The position numbers and the translations under genes are program-made. Below, one piece after another: positions 13,094 through 26,000 of a DNA stretch of 64,000 nt (its first letter is position 1; every line of letters begins with the position of its first letter). Source of the DNA: Takakia lepidozioides (Eukaryota > Plantae > Bryophyta); contig CM060733.1 of NCBI GenBank assembly GCA_030704615.1, positions 41,044,001 to 41,108,000 of the forward strand, given 5' to 3'. The notes under the pieces are model-generated. The model had not been told where the DNA came from. It did no database searches and worked only from the letters and a program-made list of their open reading frames with translations.

Positions 13094-13917
13094 CACTACA
13101 ACAGATCGCGGTAGTTATGACTGCCAAACCGTGGTAGTCATGGTTTTCATGACTTTGACCATGACTACACCATGTTTTTATATGAAATTGACCTCCCGCA
13201 GTCATTTATACGATTGTAGTAATATGAACGACTATCTAAATAGTCGTCTGTATGATTACATGGCTTCGGAATGGACGGAAGGCTGGTCAACGGCAATTGA
13301 CCAGATTTAGCTCACCATTCGTAGTCATTTCCATGACTACAGTGTACATGGATGAGGTTACATAGTCATGATGACTACTGGGATTTTGTAATTTGGTGTG
13401 TATAATACAATTAAAACAGCATATGATCATATGAATGACTAATGGGTGTATTGGTTAACAGATACTGAACTATAACTCTTATAGTAAAGAGGTTGCAGGT
13501 TCAAACTCCTCTAAGTACAATCAAATGGATAAGATGGCCCTAGGGTTAGTAGGCGAGCTAGGTATAGCACGTGGTATCCTAGATGGACTGCCACGTGGTT
13601 TTTTCATATTTATAAAATGCATTATGCCATGTGGCACAATGCGGTGCGACGCGGCGTTTGACATATGCTTTTATTTTTTTAGTTTTTTTAATTTAATTTA
13701 ATTTTTTAAATCAATTGCGTCTCGCCACGTGGCACGGCAGCGGCGGCTGCAGTATGGTATATATGACTGCAGTGAGAGATATCACTTGGTTCATATGACT
13801 ATAGTCATCCGGACCGTACCATCCTGTACTCATTGTATTGACTTGGTTTGCACGACTTACAGTCATAGAAGTCATATGTACCGTTTATAACTGCAGAATA
13901 GTCATATATACAGTCAT
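13094..13917 (-). mobile_element. Non-autonomous CACTA (family A), one TIR missing; opposite orientation to 20438-21391
   Basis: Starts CACTACAACAGATCGCGGTA and has ATGACT/AGTCAT subterminal repeats. Colinear reverse-complement match to 20461-21391, stopping ~23 bp short of the second TIR. Confidence 0.85.
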
Positions 13918-15039
13918 TTTATTTTTGAAGAACAAGTGTAATGCTTTCTACGATGGGCTATTTTCGGCCCAGCCAATGGAAGACCTCTGCTTTGTTGTGA
14001 CAGCCGGGTTTATGATGGCTTGTGTGAGAGACACACATCTATTTTCCAGGCCCTAGTTTGCTTTGCTTACCTTATGGTAGTTGGAAACAATTTGAGAGGC
14101 TGCAAGGAACTGTTTGTTGCAGCTATTCGGGTACCCATGTTGGCCCCTGTTATGTTCCAACCCGGATGGCTTTGTTAGCTAGATGCTTAGGCCAGGGTAT
14201 GGTGAAGATTCTGCTTGCGGATATTTGGCTGACAATGAAATATGACAGCAATATATAACTAGTTTTTGAGGCAGCCAGGGTGGTCAAGTGGAAATACCCC
14301 CTGGACATGGTGTAATGACAGTCAAATGTGGAATGATGTGAATAGGATGTACTGACAGTATTATATACTGTCATATGATGTGTATGCAGTCCTTTATCTT
14401 TACCTTGCTGGGTCACGAACTTTGATTTTCAGCTGTAGCAAGAAATAAAGGTATAGGGGTATTCTGGAAAACTTACCGGACATATCCACCTCCCCTGTGG
14501 GGGCAAGCTGTGTTGTAGACCAGTCTAAGCAAATACTAGCAGGGGCAAGATATTTAAATCTGTGATGTCCAAGTGTTCTTCTTATTCTTTTTGTTTTGGA
14601 GTAAAAACCCTCCATGACATCCATGGGGTTTGAGTAAGTATGCTTGGATTACAACTTGCGGACAGTAAATCTATATGACCATTTGACCTGCAACACATCA
14701 AGGCCAAAATATGGCCAAGTACCCGTCATCCCACCCAGACCTCTGAATGTGTATCATGATCATGACTGGTGGTCAATCAGCATCAGTGGCATACTCTTTG
14801 GGTTATGAATAATACTGACATGAACATATTATTGTGCATGGATGTAATTCTGGATTTTCTAAGCTTGATGATTGATGGATGGTGCCACTGTTAAGTGGCT
14901 GATATGTCTGATTATTCTTTCATGACAACGACCCTAGGGGTCCTGTCCTTGTCTTGACATGACAAAAAGTATCTTCCCTCTCTCTTATTAACTTTTTCTA
15001 CCCCCTCTTTCCCTTTGTGGTTTTTTTTTTTTTTTTTTG

Positions 15040-15975
15040 TGAGCAACACGAAAGAGCGGAGAGAGAGAGAGAGAGACAGGGAGAGGGAGAGAGGGAGAGA
15101 GTGGGAGTGAGGAGGAGAGATCAGGAAACAAAAAGAAAAAGATGAAGGTGGGGGGGGGGGGGAGTGACTGAGTAGCAGCTGCTCAGTCACTCCCCCCCCC
15201 ACCTTTTTGTTTTTTCTTTGTTGCCCCCTCTGTCCCTCTGTCTCCCTCTCTCTGTCCCTCTCTCTCATTTTTTATTTTATTTTAAAACTTTTCTGCAGAG
15301 GGGTCAACTCTGAGGTTAAGAAAACCATGCTTTTGTCACATAATGGCCACAAGGCTACGGCAAACAACGTCTTATGAGTACAATCTTTTTAACTTTTTCT
15401 GCACCCTCTCTTCCTTGTGCCCAGTTTGAGCGGAAACAAAAGGGACAGAACCTGCCTCTGTCAGGGGCTGACGTTGGTAATAAGACTTACCTTCATATAT
15501 AAAATTAACCTGGGTTTTCCAGATATCCTCTAGAAATCCCTTCACACAAGCATTAATCTGTTGTGTGTGATTTGCCCAATAACTAGGCCTCAGGAGGGCC
15601 TGGGCTTTTGGCTCAGCCTTGAGACTTTCAAAGTTGGTAAACAGAGGTACATGCATAATTCCCTTGATAGATTTGAAGAGAGCGTCTCTTTGGTGAGAGA
15701 ACCCCGGACAATGTATCAGAAAATGAGTACTGTCTTCAGATTGCCCACACAACAGGCAATTGCACTCTCCCTTTCCTCTCTGCTTCTGTTTGCTGTTCAA
15801 AGGTAGGTTTCCTGCCCTGAGTTTAAATTTCAGTCTAGTGCCGAGAGTGGGTAGACCCTTGAGGTCATCCAAGATGTCCTCCCCCATGTCACTGACTGGA
15901 AACAAGTTCAGGGAAGTTTTCTGCCTAACTTCATTTTCATCAGACAATCTCATGGCAACAAACATGGCTTTGGCT
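15040..15975 (-). mobile_element. Non-LTR retrotransposon (RTE-X-like) 3' fragment, copy A
   Basis: ORF 15372-15998(-) contains RLKFKLRAGNLPL...CLLCGQSEDSTHFLIHCPGFSHQR, the C-terminal CCHC (zf-RVT-type) finger of LINE ORF2. It is followed by an AG/CT microsatellite tail. Confidence 0.75.
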
Positions 15976-17041
15976 TCTATACTACAAGGTAGGATCAAGA
16001 AAAACCATAGAGTAGTTTAGTTTTTCAACATTTTAAGATGAGTCCCTGGCAAGCGATTCCTTCCCTTGCTCTGCAATCCCACTTGGCTACCAGCAGCACC
16101 TAGACATCAGAATATTAAGTGGAAGCCCTCACCTGTGCCCGTCCCAAAAACAACCACAACGCATTGTGAGTTAGTGAGGATGCACGAGGTGAGTAACAGG
16201 CTTCCACACTTTCTATCGAGGTCAAATACACTTCAATCTAAGCGCAGAGAATGCCCAAGAAAGCAGGGAAGCAAAACAAACAGAAAAAAAAACCTTTTTT
16301 ACTATCTGGGGGAGAGTCGCCATCTTTCCACAAGCCTAACCATGCAGGGAGGACTCCACCAACACCACAGCACTGCTACCTTAACCAAAACAAAGTCTTG
16401 CCAAGCACAAGAAAAAAGAGCTTGGTCTCAAAAAGTAGGGTTTATAAAGGGAGGGAGAGAGACTTCTTTGTTCTACCAAGACGCCGCCATTCATCAAAGA
16501 TCCATAGGAGGGCTCCTAGGGAAACGTCATAAGCATGCAAGTGGTACCTCCGCCATCACTACCGTGGTTCCCTTGTGCAGCAAAAAATAAGACAACTGAG
16601 ACAGTGAATCTTCCCTCATCTCTAAGCCACCGCCATCGCCTTAAAGAGCCCGCCTAGGCGGCGCTCACAGGAGCCATAAACACTCAAGGATTGACAGCTC
16701 AAGGTATCTGCAGCACGAGCACCATCGCTCCTCACATGCCGCCATCGCGCGCACTCTCGCAGCGCAAAAAGAAAGATATTAGGGTTGCGCAAGGTTTTCC
16801 CCTGTCTGGCCCGTCATTCATCCTTCTCAGGATGAAAAACATCCGCCAGTCTGTCCGCCCGACGGACGTTGTCCGTTTCTCTTTCGCGGAAGATGACAGA
16901 CATCGTGCGTTCATCCTGTCTTGAACTCGACGGATGCAGTCCGCTTTTCATCTAGGTTAGATGAAAAACATCCCACAAGACCAGAGGCGGAACCATAGAG
17001 AGAGGGAGAGAGAGGGAGAGACGGGGCAACAATGAGGGGAG

Positions 17042-17995
17042 AGGTCAGATGGTGGGGTCAGCTGCAACATATGTCCAACACCAGATATCCTAAGTTAATC
17101 GACTCTATATCTTGGAAACAGGACCGCCCACCGACCTGTCAAACAGGCTAAGTCTTGGCAGAAGACAGTAGAAGAGATTCTCAAGGACTTGGACCTGGAA
17201 CCGCAAGTCTTCACCCTGCTGGATAAATCTGACTGAGAGGCTGTAGTGTCCAATCATGTCTGTTGCCATGAGATTGTCTGATGAAAATGAAGTTAGACAG
17301 AAAACTTCCCTGAACTTTCTTCCAGTCAGTGACATGGGGGAGGACATCTTGGATGACCTCAAGGGTCTACCCACTCTCGGCACTAGACTGAAATTTAAAC
17401 TCGGGGCAGGAAGCCTACCTTTGAACAACAAACAGAAGCAGAGAGGAAAGGGAGAGTGCAATTGCCCGTTGTGTGGGCAATCTGAAGACAGTACTCATTT
17501 TCTAATACACTGTCCGGGGTTCTCTCACCAAAGAGACGACTCTTCAAATCTATCAAGGGAATTGTGCATGTACCTCTGTTTACTAACTTTGAAAAAGTCG
17601 AGGCTGAGCCAAAAGCCCAGCCCCTTCTGAGGCCTAGTTTTTGGGCATCTCACACACAGCAGATTGATGCTTGTGTGAAGGGATTTGTAGAGGATATCTG
17701 GAAAACCCGGATTAATTCTATATGTGAAGGTAAGTCTTACTACCAACATCAGCCCCTGACAGAGGTAGGATCTGTCCCTTTTGTTTCCCCAAGAGAGGGG
17801 GCAACAAAGAAAAAATGAGAATGTGGGGGGGGGGGGGGGAGTGACTGAGCAGCAGCAGCTGCTCAGTCACTCCCCCCCCACCTTCTTTTCTTTTCTTTGT
17901 TGCCCCCTGATGTCTCCCTCTCACTCCCTCTCTCTATCCCTCTTTGTCCCTCTCTCCCTCTCCCTCCCTCTCCCTCTCTTCTGTGCTGCTCTCTT
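17042..17995 (+). mobile_element. RTE-X-like LINE 3' fragment, copy B (inverted relative to copy A)
   Basis: Same protein as copy A with a frameshift (CPLCGQSEDSTHFLIHCPGF), and the same G-run/GAGTGACTGAG hairpin and CT tail. Confidence 0.75.
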
Positions 17996-18020
17996 TTAAG
18001 CTCCCGACGAGAGAAAGTCA

Positions 18021-18440
18021 AGGTCAGATGGTGGGTTCAACTGCAACATATGTCCAACACCAGATATCCTAAGTTAATCGACTCTATATCTTGGAAACAG
18101 GACCGCCCTGTCAAACAGGGTAAGCCCTGGGAGAAGAGAGTAGAAGAGATTCTCAAGGATCTGAATCTGGACCCGCAAGTCTTGACCTTGCTGGATAAAC
18201 CTGACTTAGAGAGTGTAGTGTCCAAAGCCATGTCTGTTACCAAAAAATTGTCCGATGAAAATGAAGTTAGGAAGAAAACTTCCCTGAACCTATTTCCAGT
18301 TTGTAACATGGGGGAGGACATCATGGATGCGCTCAAGGGTCTATCCTACTCTTAGCACCAGACCTAAATTTAAACTCAGGGCAGGAAGACTACCTTTGAA
18401 CAGTAAACAGAAGCAGAGAGGAAAGAGAGAGTGCAATTTC
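18021..18440 (+). mobile_element. RTE-X-like LINE fragment, copy C
   Basis: VRWWVQLQHMSNTRYPKLI...PWEKRVEEILKDL (post-RT region). Begins at the same nucleotide as copy B (aggtcagatggtggg). Confidence 0.7.
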
Positions 18441-18874
18441 CCTGACGTACCTTTGCTGCTGCGGCTGGTGCTGGTGCTGGTGCTTGAAGCAAGCTGGCGT
18501 GGCGAGCTGCTGCGGTGCTATCGCGGCTGCCAGCGGCGTGGGTCCCCGCCGCTGCAGGGCGTCTCTCCCCCGCTCACCACGGCTGTCTCTCTCTTCAGCT
18601 CGTTTAGGTCGCGCCTCTGCGCGGCGTTCCTACCACACAGGGGAGAGAGACATCAGCCCGTGCTTGGGGCAAGAAAGCAAGAGAGAAAGTGAAGGAGGAG
18701 GCGGTGCTTACCTTGGGCGTTGGAGTGGCGTTGGGGCAAACTCCTTGGGGCCTTGCGACCACCTCGGGCTCAGCAGCAGGTGCGTTTCTCCTCCACCCTA
18801 AACCCCACTCTCTGAACTACCTCTCTCCCAAAGAACAAACAAAAACGGGAGGGGAAAGAGATGCTTCATCTACG

Positions 18875-19130
18875 TGTGACGCCCGGCTGTCGCACGCCTG
18901 CACCCCGCCTTTTTTTTGAAATGTAAAGATGATATTTGCGACGGTCGGCCGTCGTTGCTTACGACCCCCGGCCCCATAAATAAATAAAAAACACGTCGCC
19001 CCCCGCGACGGTTTTCCGTCGCGGGGTGTGACCCCTAGGTAAAAAATTGAAAAAATTCGTCGTCAAATGCGTCACAAGGGTGTCGTAGGAGGCGACGGCC
19101 GGCCTTTCTGGGTTTAGGGCTTAGGGCTTT
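18875..19130. repeat. GCGACG/CGTCGC-rich subterminal-repeat-like block followed by TTTAGGG-like tract
   Basis: Direct and inverted GCGAC motifs resembling those of CACTA family B, then gggtttagggcttagggc. No CACTA terminus found. Confidence 0.5.
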
Positions 19131-19510
19131 TGGGTTTTTTAGTTTTTTATTTTTATTTTTCCATATGGTACTGGGTTAGGGTGTTTGCTTTTTCTTTATG
19201 GTGCTGGGTTTTGGATTGGCGGTTTTGGTTGTGGGTCTTGGGGTTAAAAGGATAAATGGTGTAATTAGGATTCACATACCCAAAATGTGGTTCAATCTGA
19301 TAATCGCAAAGCGCTAGGTCTCAACAAATTTTTCCATGGTGTGGGCATCCTGAAGATAGAACGAGTGGAAGGATTTATTGTCTTGGGCTCTAGCACCATA
19401 GGGATGCTCCGCCTTTGGTTACCAATTTTGAAAGCCCCGAGGCTGAGGCATAGGGTTTTTTTGCCAACGGTTTTTGAGAAATGAAAGTGTAGGTGGTGTG
19501 TGTTAATTAG

Positions 19511-22084
19511 GATGCGAGGAAACATCGACCCGTCTCCCTCGAGGATGGGGAGGTAGTACCACATATCGATTGTGGCCCTAGAGCGACCGTTTTTCGTGGC
19601 GAGGAGCCACCCATTGCACCTGATCCAATACAGGCTGCCGGGCACAATCGTAGAAGGGACCGGGGCCAAATTTCAGGTGATGCGGAGGATGTTGACACTC
19701 CGGGATCGAGTCGGGCGCGCCGCGGGTTGCCCCCTCGCGGGCCACCCCGTCCAACCACGTCCACCTTTGACCCCCCCGACAGGATTGAGTGTTGGTGCAC
19801 TAAGTGTTGGGAACGGATACCGCCGAGCAGCACCAGACCACCGAGGCGGCGACCGCATGTTGTCGAAAAACATTACAAGAAGAACAAGATTGCGGATGCG
19901 GCAAAGGTGAGTGTTTTTCCCACCCCTCTCATTAACATTCATTTAAGGTACATTTAGGTTTATCTAATAATATAGTATGATTGGTAAGCATACATAAATC
20001 AAAATTACGACATAAGTATTGATGCGTCGTTCACTACGCACATTGCAGCCACGACTTGATGCCTAAGCTCGCAATCACATTGCACAGGAGGCATTTCGCG
20101 CCGGTCTACTTGCAGAATTTGTGCCAGAGCATGTGCCCGATGTGACCAGTTGGTTCCCCCAGCAGCACGTAGATGAGATGCGTAGGGTCGAGGGGTATCG
20201 TAGGTGTCGTAGGCGTTATGGCCGGCGACGAGCAGGCCCCCCTCCAGTTTCCTCAGGCGGTCCCCCTGATTGTGGCCTCCCCCCCCCCCCCCGTCTGTTT
20301 CTTTGCCTGATCTACCTCCAGTAGTACCTGATCCGGACGTTGTACCCCCGGCTGCATCTCCGACATTACATCCTCAACCACCTCCACTTTCATCTCATCC
20401 AGCAATACCACCTCCACCTCCACCTCCACCTCCACGTCACTACAACAGATCGCGGTATTTATGACTGTATATATGACTATTCTGCAGTCATAAACGATAT
20501 ATATGACTTCTATGACTGTAAGTCGTGCAAACCAAGTCTATACAATGAGTACAGGATGGTACGATCCGGATGACTACAGTCATATGAACCAAGTGATATC
20601 TCTCACTGCAGTCATATATACCATACTGCAGCCGCCGCTGCCGCGCCACGTGGCGAGGCGCAATTGATTTAAAAAATTAAATTAAGATTTAAAAAACTAA
20701 AAAACTAAAAAAAAATATTAAACGTCGTGTCGCACCGCATTGTGCCATGTGGCATAATGCATTTTATAATAATGAAAAAATCACGTGGCAGTCCATCTAG
20801 GGTACCACGTGCTATCCCTAGCTCGCCTACTAACCCTAGGGCCATCTTATCCATTTGATTGTACTTAGAGGAGTTTGAACATGCAACCTCTTTACTATAA
20901 GAATTATATTTCACTACCTGTTAACCAATACACCCATTAGTCATTCATATGATCATATGGTGTTTTAATTGTATTATACACACCAAATTACAAAATCCCC
21001 AGTAGTCATCATGACTATGTAACCTCATCCATGTACACTGTAGTCATGGAAATGACTATGCTATAAGCGATAAGCTATAAGCTATAGCTATAAGCAACTT
21101 TTTTTTTAAATTAAACCTTTTGGTTACCAAGCTTGCACTAGAAGTCATTCCGGCGACTATTTGGTGGCAAGCTCGCGCTGGTCAACCATCGTTGACCACC
21201 CTTCCCTCTAGTGCGGAGCCATATAGTCATGACGACGTCTACCAAAGTAGTCGCCCAGAGGACTACGTAGTCATTTCAACGACTACGTGAAGTCCCATTT
21301 GGTCCAAAAATACAGGGAAGTCATGGTCAAAGTCAGGAAAACCATGACTACCGCGCCTCGGCAGTCAGATATACCGCGATCTGTTGTAGTGCGTGCATGT
21401 GCCCCCCGAACCTTTAGGAGGGGTCGGCTTCGCCCTAGGTTTCCTCCCCTTCGGCTTGGGCGGCCTGAGCCGGATCCTCGCCCCCGATGGGAAGCGCATA
21501 GGACTATGTTATTGAGGACCGCCCAGCCTCATTGTTGGGGGAATCATCTCGACCCTCCCACCCCCATCCGAGAAAATGTGGAGTTCAAGTATTGGGGGAG
21601 ACGGTATGTTGTGAGAGCCACTACAGACCCTGCTATGGGTCGGGGTTTATTCACGGTCAATGATATTGTGGTTCATCCTCGAAGAAACAACATGGTGGAC
21701 TTGTTTCCCTACTACGGTCCATACTACACCTCCGCGGAGTTCCGTACATTATGCCTCGAAGCCCCATACATCCTACCCTACATTTTGTGTGTCAACGGAC
21801 AGGATGTACGTAGACGGGGGTTGTCTCCCATCGAGATCAGATTTTGTGATGGTGACCCCGACATCTTTGGCAATGTTGCTGGGCTGGTCAATAGTTCTTT
21901 TGGTCATCCTACGAGAACCAATGTAGTATGGGACGTACGAAGCGATGGGCATGAGAGCTTTTGTGGTCATACGTCAGTATACTGTGAGGGGATGCACATG
22001 TTTGTGATGACATGTGCTAGTAGGACTATTAGGGCTGGCAGCGAACTATTTGCATCATACGAGTTCTCCCGGGATGATTTGTAG
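19511..22084 (+). pseudogene. SET-domain (putative lysine methyltransferase) gene with N-terminal CxCxxC-H motif and Pro-rich linker, disrupted by CACTA 20438-21391
   Basis: Exon 19511-19906 (CWCTKC...VVEKHY), then GTGAGT...CACAG intron 19907-20087 (phase 0), then an exon from 20088 with a frameshift in the C-run at ~20279-20292. Removing the CACTA plus one CGT restores PPPPPR-ACAPRTF in frame. SET motifs: GRGLF, PYYG, GNVAGLVNSS, ASRTIRAGSELFASY. First exon not located. Confidence 0.75.
20438..21391 (+). mobile_element. Complete non-autonomous CACTA element (family A), 954 bp
   Basis: TIRs CACTACAACAGATCGCGGTAT at both ends; 3-bp TSD CGT at 20435-20437 and 21392-21394. Confidence 0.95.
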
Positions 22085-23031
22085 GATTGATTCACGGGTC
22101 TATTAGAGAGGAACTGGATGTACTGGGTGTAAGAGAAAGGGAGGTTTCCTATTTCATGAGCAGAAACCATGAGCCATGAGCCACATTAGCCGCATGAGCG
22201 GTGAGCCGAAGTCTAAGACACACGGATTTCATGAGCGGACTCCTCCAAATTTGGAAATGCGGCAGATTAAACAAGTATTAAAATAATAGTTTTTTATTTG
22301 ACCTTGCCGTTTTTGGAAGTTCCAGATCCTGTAATGCGGCGAAGATATGTCGTCAGTAACAAGTCCGCTCATGGTTTTTTAGATCCGTTCATGGAAATGA
22401 GTGACCGTGGAACAAGAAATCCAGTATACCACGGCAAAAGGACGTCGCATACTGGCCTGTATAGAGTATTCCACGGTTTTACATGCCTTAACATTGGAAT
22501 GAAGCTGACCCTTTTGCCGCGATTGAACCAATAGAGTCTGCACCAATAGAGTCTGCAGTACTTCACAATTCTGTCATCTTCGGGTATTCGGCGGGAAAGG
22601 TTTGCGACTGAACTGCCTAATGCGGTGCCGCATTAGGGTTCGCACGTGCGAAATTTCTGGGCGGTTTGGTGTTGGCGACGGTTGGCTCCCTGAAGGCTGG
22701 GTGCGACTATCTTGCTATGACGAAGGCCGCATCTACCAGTACCTACGACGTTACTTGGAAATGCGGTGCCGCATTTCCTTGCCGGGGGTCGAATGAGGAA
22801 AGCAAAGTTTGGGAGAGCATAAAAACAGGAACCCTCCAACAAACAAAAATACAAGCACGTGGAAACACAAGTGAATGATATAATATTATCTTAGTTCGAG
22901 CAAAACATGTTACTGGTAGGCAACACATAAGTCGGACCTTTCTGTGGCCAGAGTCAGAGGTACTTGCAGCAGTACAGTTCTACTATCCGAAAAGGATGGG
23001 TGTACCATTGTGTGGGGACTGCAAGCCAAGC

Positions 23032-26000
23032 TCACTGGTCCCCTGGATCCATATTCAGAAGAGTGTGCACCTCTTGGGGGCTCAACCCTGGTGCATGTAT
23101 GAAGTGATGAGTTGTGGAATTACACTGGAGTCTCTTTAGGTATACGTAGTACAGATGTTTGCAAGGGCAGTATGATGCCCCCTTGTTCGCCATGATCTGG
23201 AAGTCGGTGTAATTGCAAGTGGGTAATTCTAAAATGGTGATGGTGTACACTTCATTGCAAACAGCTGAGCCTGCCGTGGCCATCTGATACACACGCCCAA
23301 AGCCTGGTGGGGGCACTTCTGTCGAGCTCTGGATTGTATAGTTCATCCGAAGTCATCTTTGTCTCGTTCACTTTTGAGGGAGGTCGCCACCTCTTCGGTT
23401 TCCCCCAACGGTGTGTAGGATGCTTAGAGCTGTCACGTCCCATTGTTCTTGCTCTCACAGGGGTCGGTGGTGGAGGTTGTGGAAGCGGAAATGGTTGTCT
23501 GGGGACGTCAGTGCGCTGCACCATCCAAAATCCTGCGGCATTAAGGGCGTCGGCCTCAACCTGACTCAGATCGCAGCCTGGTTCCACCGGCCACACCGGG
23601 GGAGCCTCTGTCATTGTTTGTATGCCGTATTTGGGCTTTCCATACACGCAAGTCATAATGTCGTGCCTGCAGAACCAGAACTGGGTGGTTGTCGCCTCCG
23701 CAAACTTTGCATGGACAAATCTTCCTGTAAAAGTAGGAGCAGGGACAGCCCCATCTGAATTCCTCCTTATCATCTCTAAACAACATTGCCGTGTATCCAC
23801 TCAAATTGCGGAACACCTGCCTCGAAACGCCAGCTTTGTGCGAGCAATTTTCCACTGTGACGCAGTCAAAGTCGTCTCCACAATGGCTTGGCCATACTGC
23901 ATAACAGCGGGCGGAATCTAGGGCAAGCGAGCGGTGGGAATTTCTCGCACGGAATCCCCGCTTGAAGGCGATGGCGATCTGGAATTTCTTGGGCTTCCAC
24001 TGCTGGAAGACACATTGTGCGGCAACATGACGGGACCTCGAGGTGCTGTCCGTATGTTTCTGTCGGATCTCCAGGAATCCTCTTCGCACCCGGGTTCCTC
24101 TTCAATCCTCCGCCTCACAGGGCGAGTATGGACGTCCCCCTCTAGGTGTTCACCTCTGCGGTGCAGAGGCGTCCCTTTGATCTTCTCTCGCAATGTTGTC
24201 GCCCATTTCAGTGGATTCTTCGACCTCGAAGTTGTTCGTACCAACAATTCCTCCCTGTCCGGCCCAAAGCCCCATTGTTTCCCGCTCAGGAACTTGTAGT
24301 ACGTGGCTTGCTGCATGATTGCTCTGTCGATGTCCTCCGTTGTGGCCGTCACTACGTCCACCAGATGTGCAGCAGAAGACGCTCGCCAGGAGGAGTGGAC
24401 TGATTCTGCCATATTCGTGTTGGGCATGTCCGTGTTGGAATCCAAGCACCGCTCCTACAACGATAGAAACAATGGTGAGGGACCAATGCAAAGGTCCGTA
24501 ATAGAACGACAATTGCAAGAAAAGTCTGACATCATACCTCCTGCATGTACTGTCCGAACTGTCGATACCGGAAATGCCACCACCCCAACCAGCTGTGCAA
24601 GGCTCCCAGATTGGTTGTCTCCACTGCACCTGACGTATTCCACCAAGCCTATGATAGCAAACTTTACCTCCGCGTCATCAAATGTGGGTGCATCCTTCCA
24701 CGCCGTACAAAGGACACGGTGTTCAGCCTGGAATGAGCTAGCAACAAATTTGGTAGTGTAGTGAGATAGACTTTGCATCCAATGGAATCCACAGGATCTC
24801 TCTTTCCCCTCCATTGGAACATTGGGGTCCTCACCGTACACATGCCGCACCGCTGCCCAGTTGGCCTGAGCATTGTCTGCCATGAATCCCCTGAAATTGG
24901 GCTCTGGCGAACCCGCCCTTGTCATCTGCTGGTTTATGCCCTCCCACAGATGCATCTCCGACTGTGTGTCCTCCCCTTTCATCTCGCAGATTGCAATCGT
25001 CATGCGCCTCTTGGAGTGATAGTCATAAACATGCGCACCCATAGTCACCCACTAATGGTTTGTAATTCGCTTGATGTGATCAAACATCACCCAAGCATTC
25101 GACAAGTTTCCAGTTGTCATGCGAGTGACCAAGTCGACTCCACTCCCAGGCCCACACATCGATATTTTAAAAATGTAACAACGATCGGATTCGCTGCCTT
25201 GCCCTGGAAACCTGCTACCTTGGATGTAGTCATATCCAGTCATTCGTTTCACCTCCAGGATTGAGTGCATGTCCGACCCCCAGCCAAACTCCTGCTTGCA
25301 AGATACGATGTGATTCCACACATTTGGACTACAAACGTGCGAGACGGACTCCAACAGGTCAAGCATCTCCTCTTCATTCAAGGGCACTCGGTCTGAACCA
25401 TCTTCAGACATGATTTCGCCAAGAGCAATCTTGTGGGCTGCCTTTAGCTGAATCTGCTTTGGTCTGGCTCTGGGGCTCAATTTCACCTCCTCTTTTATGA
25501 AGTCGTGTGCTTCCTGCACAACCTCCCGCATGTTGCCTCTCGCCAAGGGGTGGCAGTGGACCCCAACGTGTATGCAAGCTCTAGTCAAGTCCGGGAGCAA
25601 ATGGATTGCGTAATATTGCTTGGCTCTGCACATGGACATGCACGTCGGTGGTTCTTTGCAATGTGCGCACTTGAAAGTACCCGCAAGAGCTTGGCTGGAG
25701 ACAATGAATGGATGATGGGTTGTGCCAGTCCAATCTGTCTCGTTTCTCCGCCCTCCTTTGGAGAGAAAGTGGAAGTAGGCGGGATTGAGGCACCTCAGCT
25801 TCCCCGCACAGAGGACGTATCGTACACGAACACCATCAGCAATTTTTGTGCTACTGGTCTTCGTCACACACCAGGGGTGTCCGTCATGCTTTCGATCCAT
25901 GTCTGTTAACATCCCTAAGGCTTTGTTTGACGAAGCAACAGGTGGAAACTTGAAGATGACATTGCCATCAACTTCAGGAGGTAGATACGTTACCTTCCTG

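Noticed and set aside
14050-14900. Possible PPR E-domain remnant on minus strand
   Set aside because: Only faint resemblance (IDLLSAS, PWMSWR); too degraded to support.
16720-16975. Short GATGAAAAACATCC direct and inverted motifs
   Set aside because: Too few copies, and no termini or TSD to define an element.
13094-21391. One 8.3-kb CACTA bounded by TIRs at 13094 and 21391
   Set aside because: Flanks differ (TAG vs CGT), and 20438-21391 already has both TIRs and its own CGT TSD.
21287-21391. N-terminus of the 265-aa ORF
   Set aside because: Lies within the CACTA insertion; not part of the SET gene.
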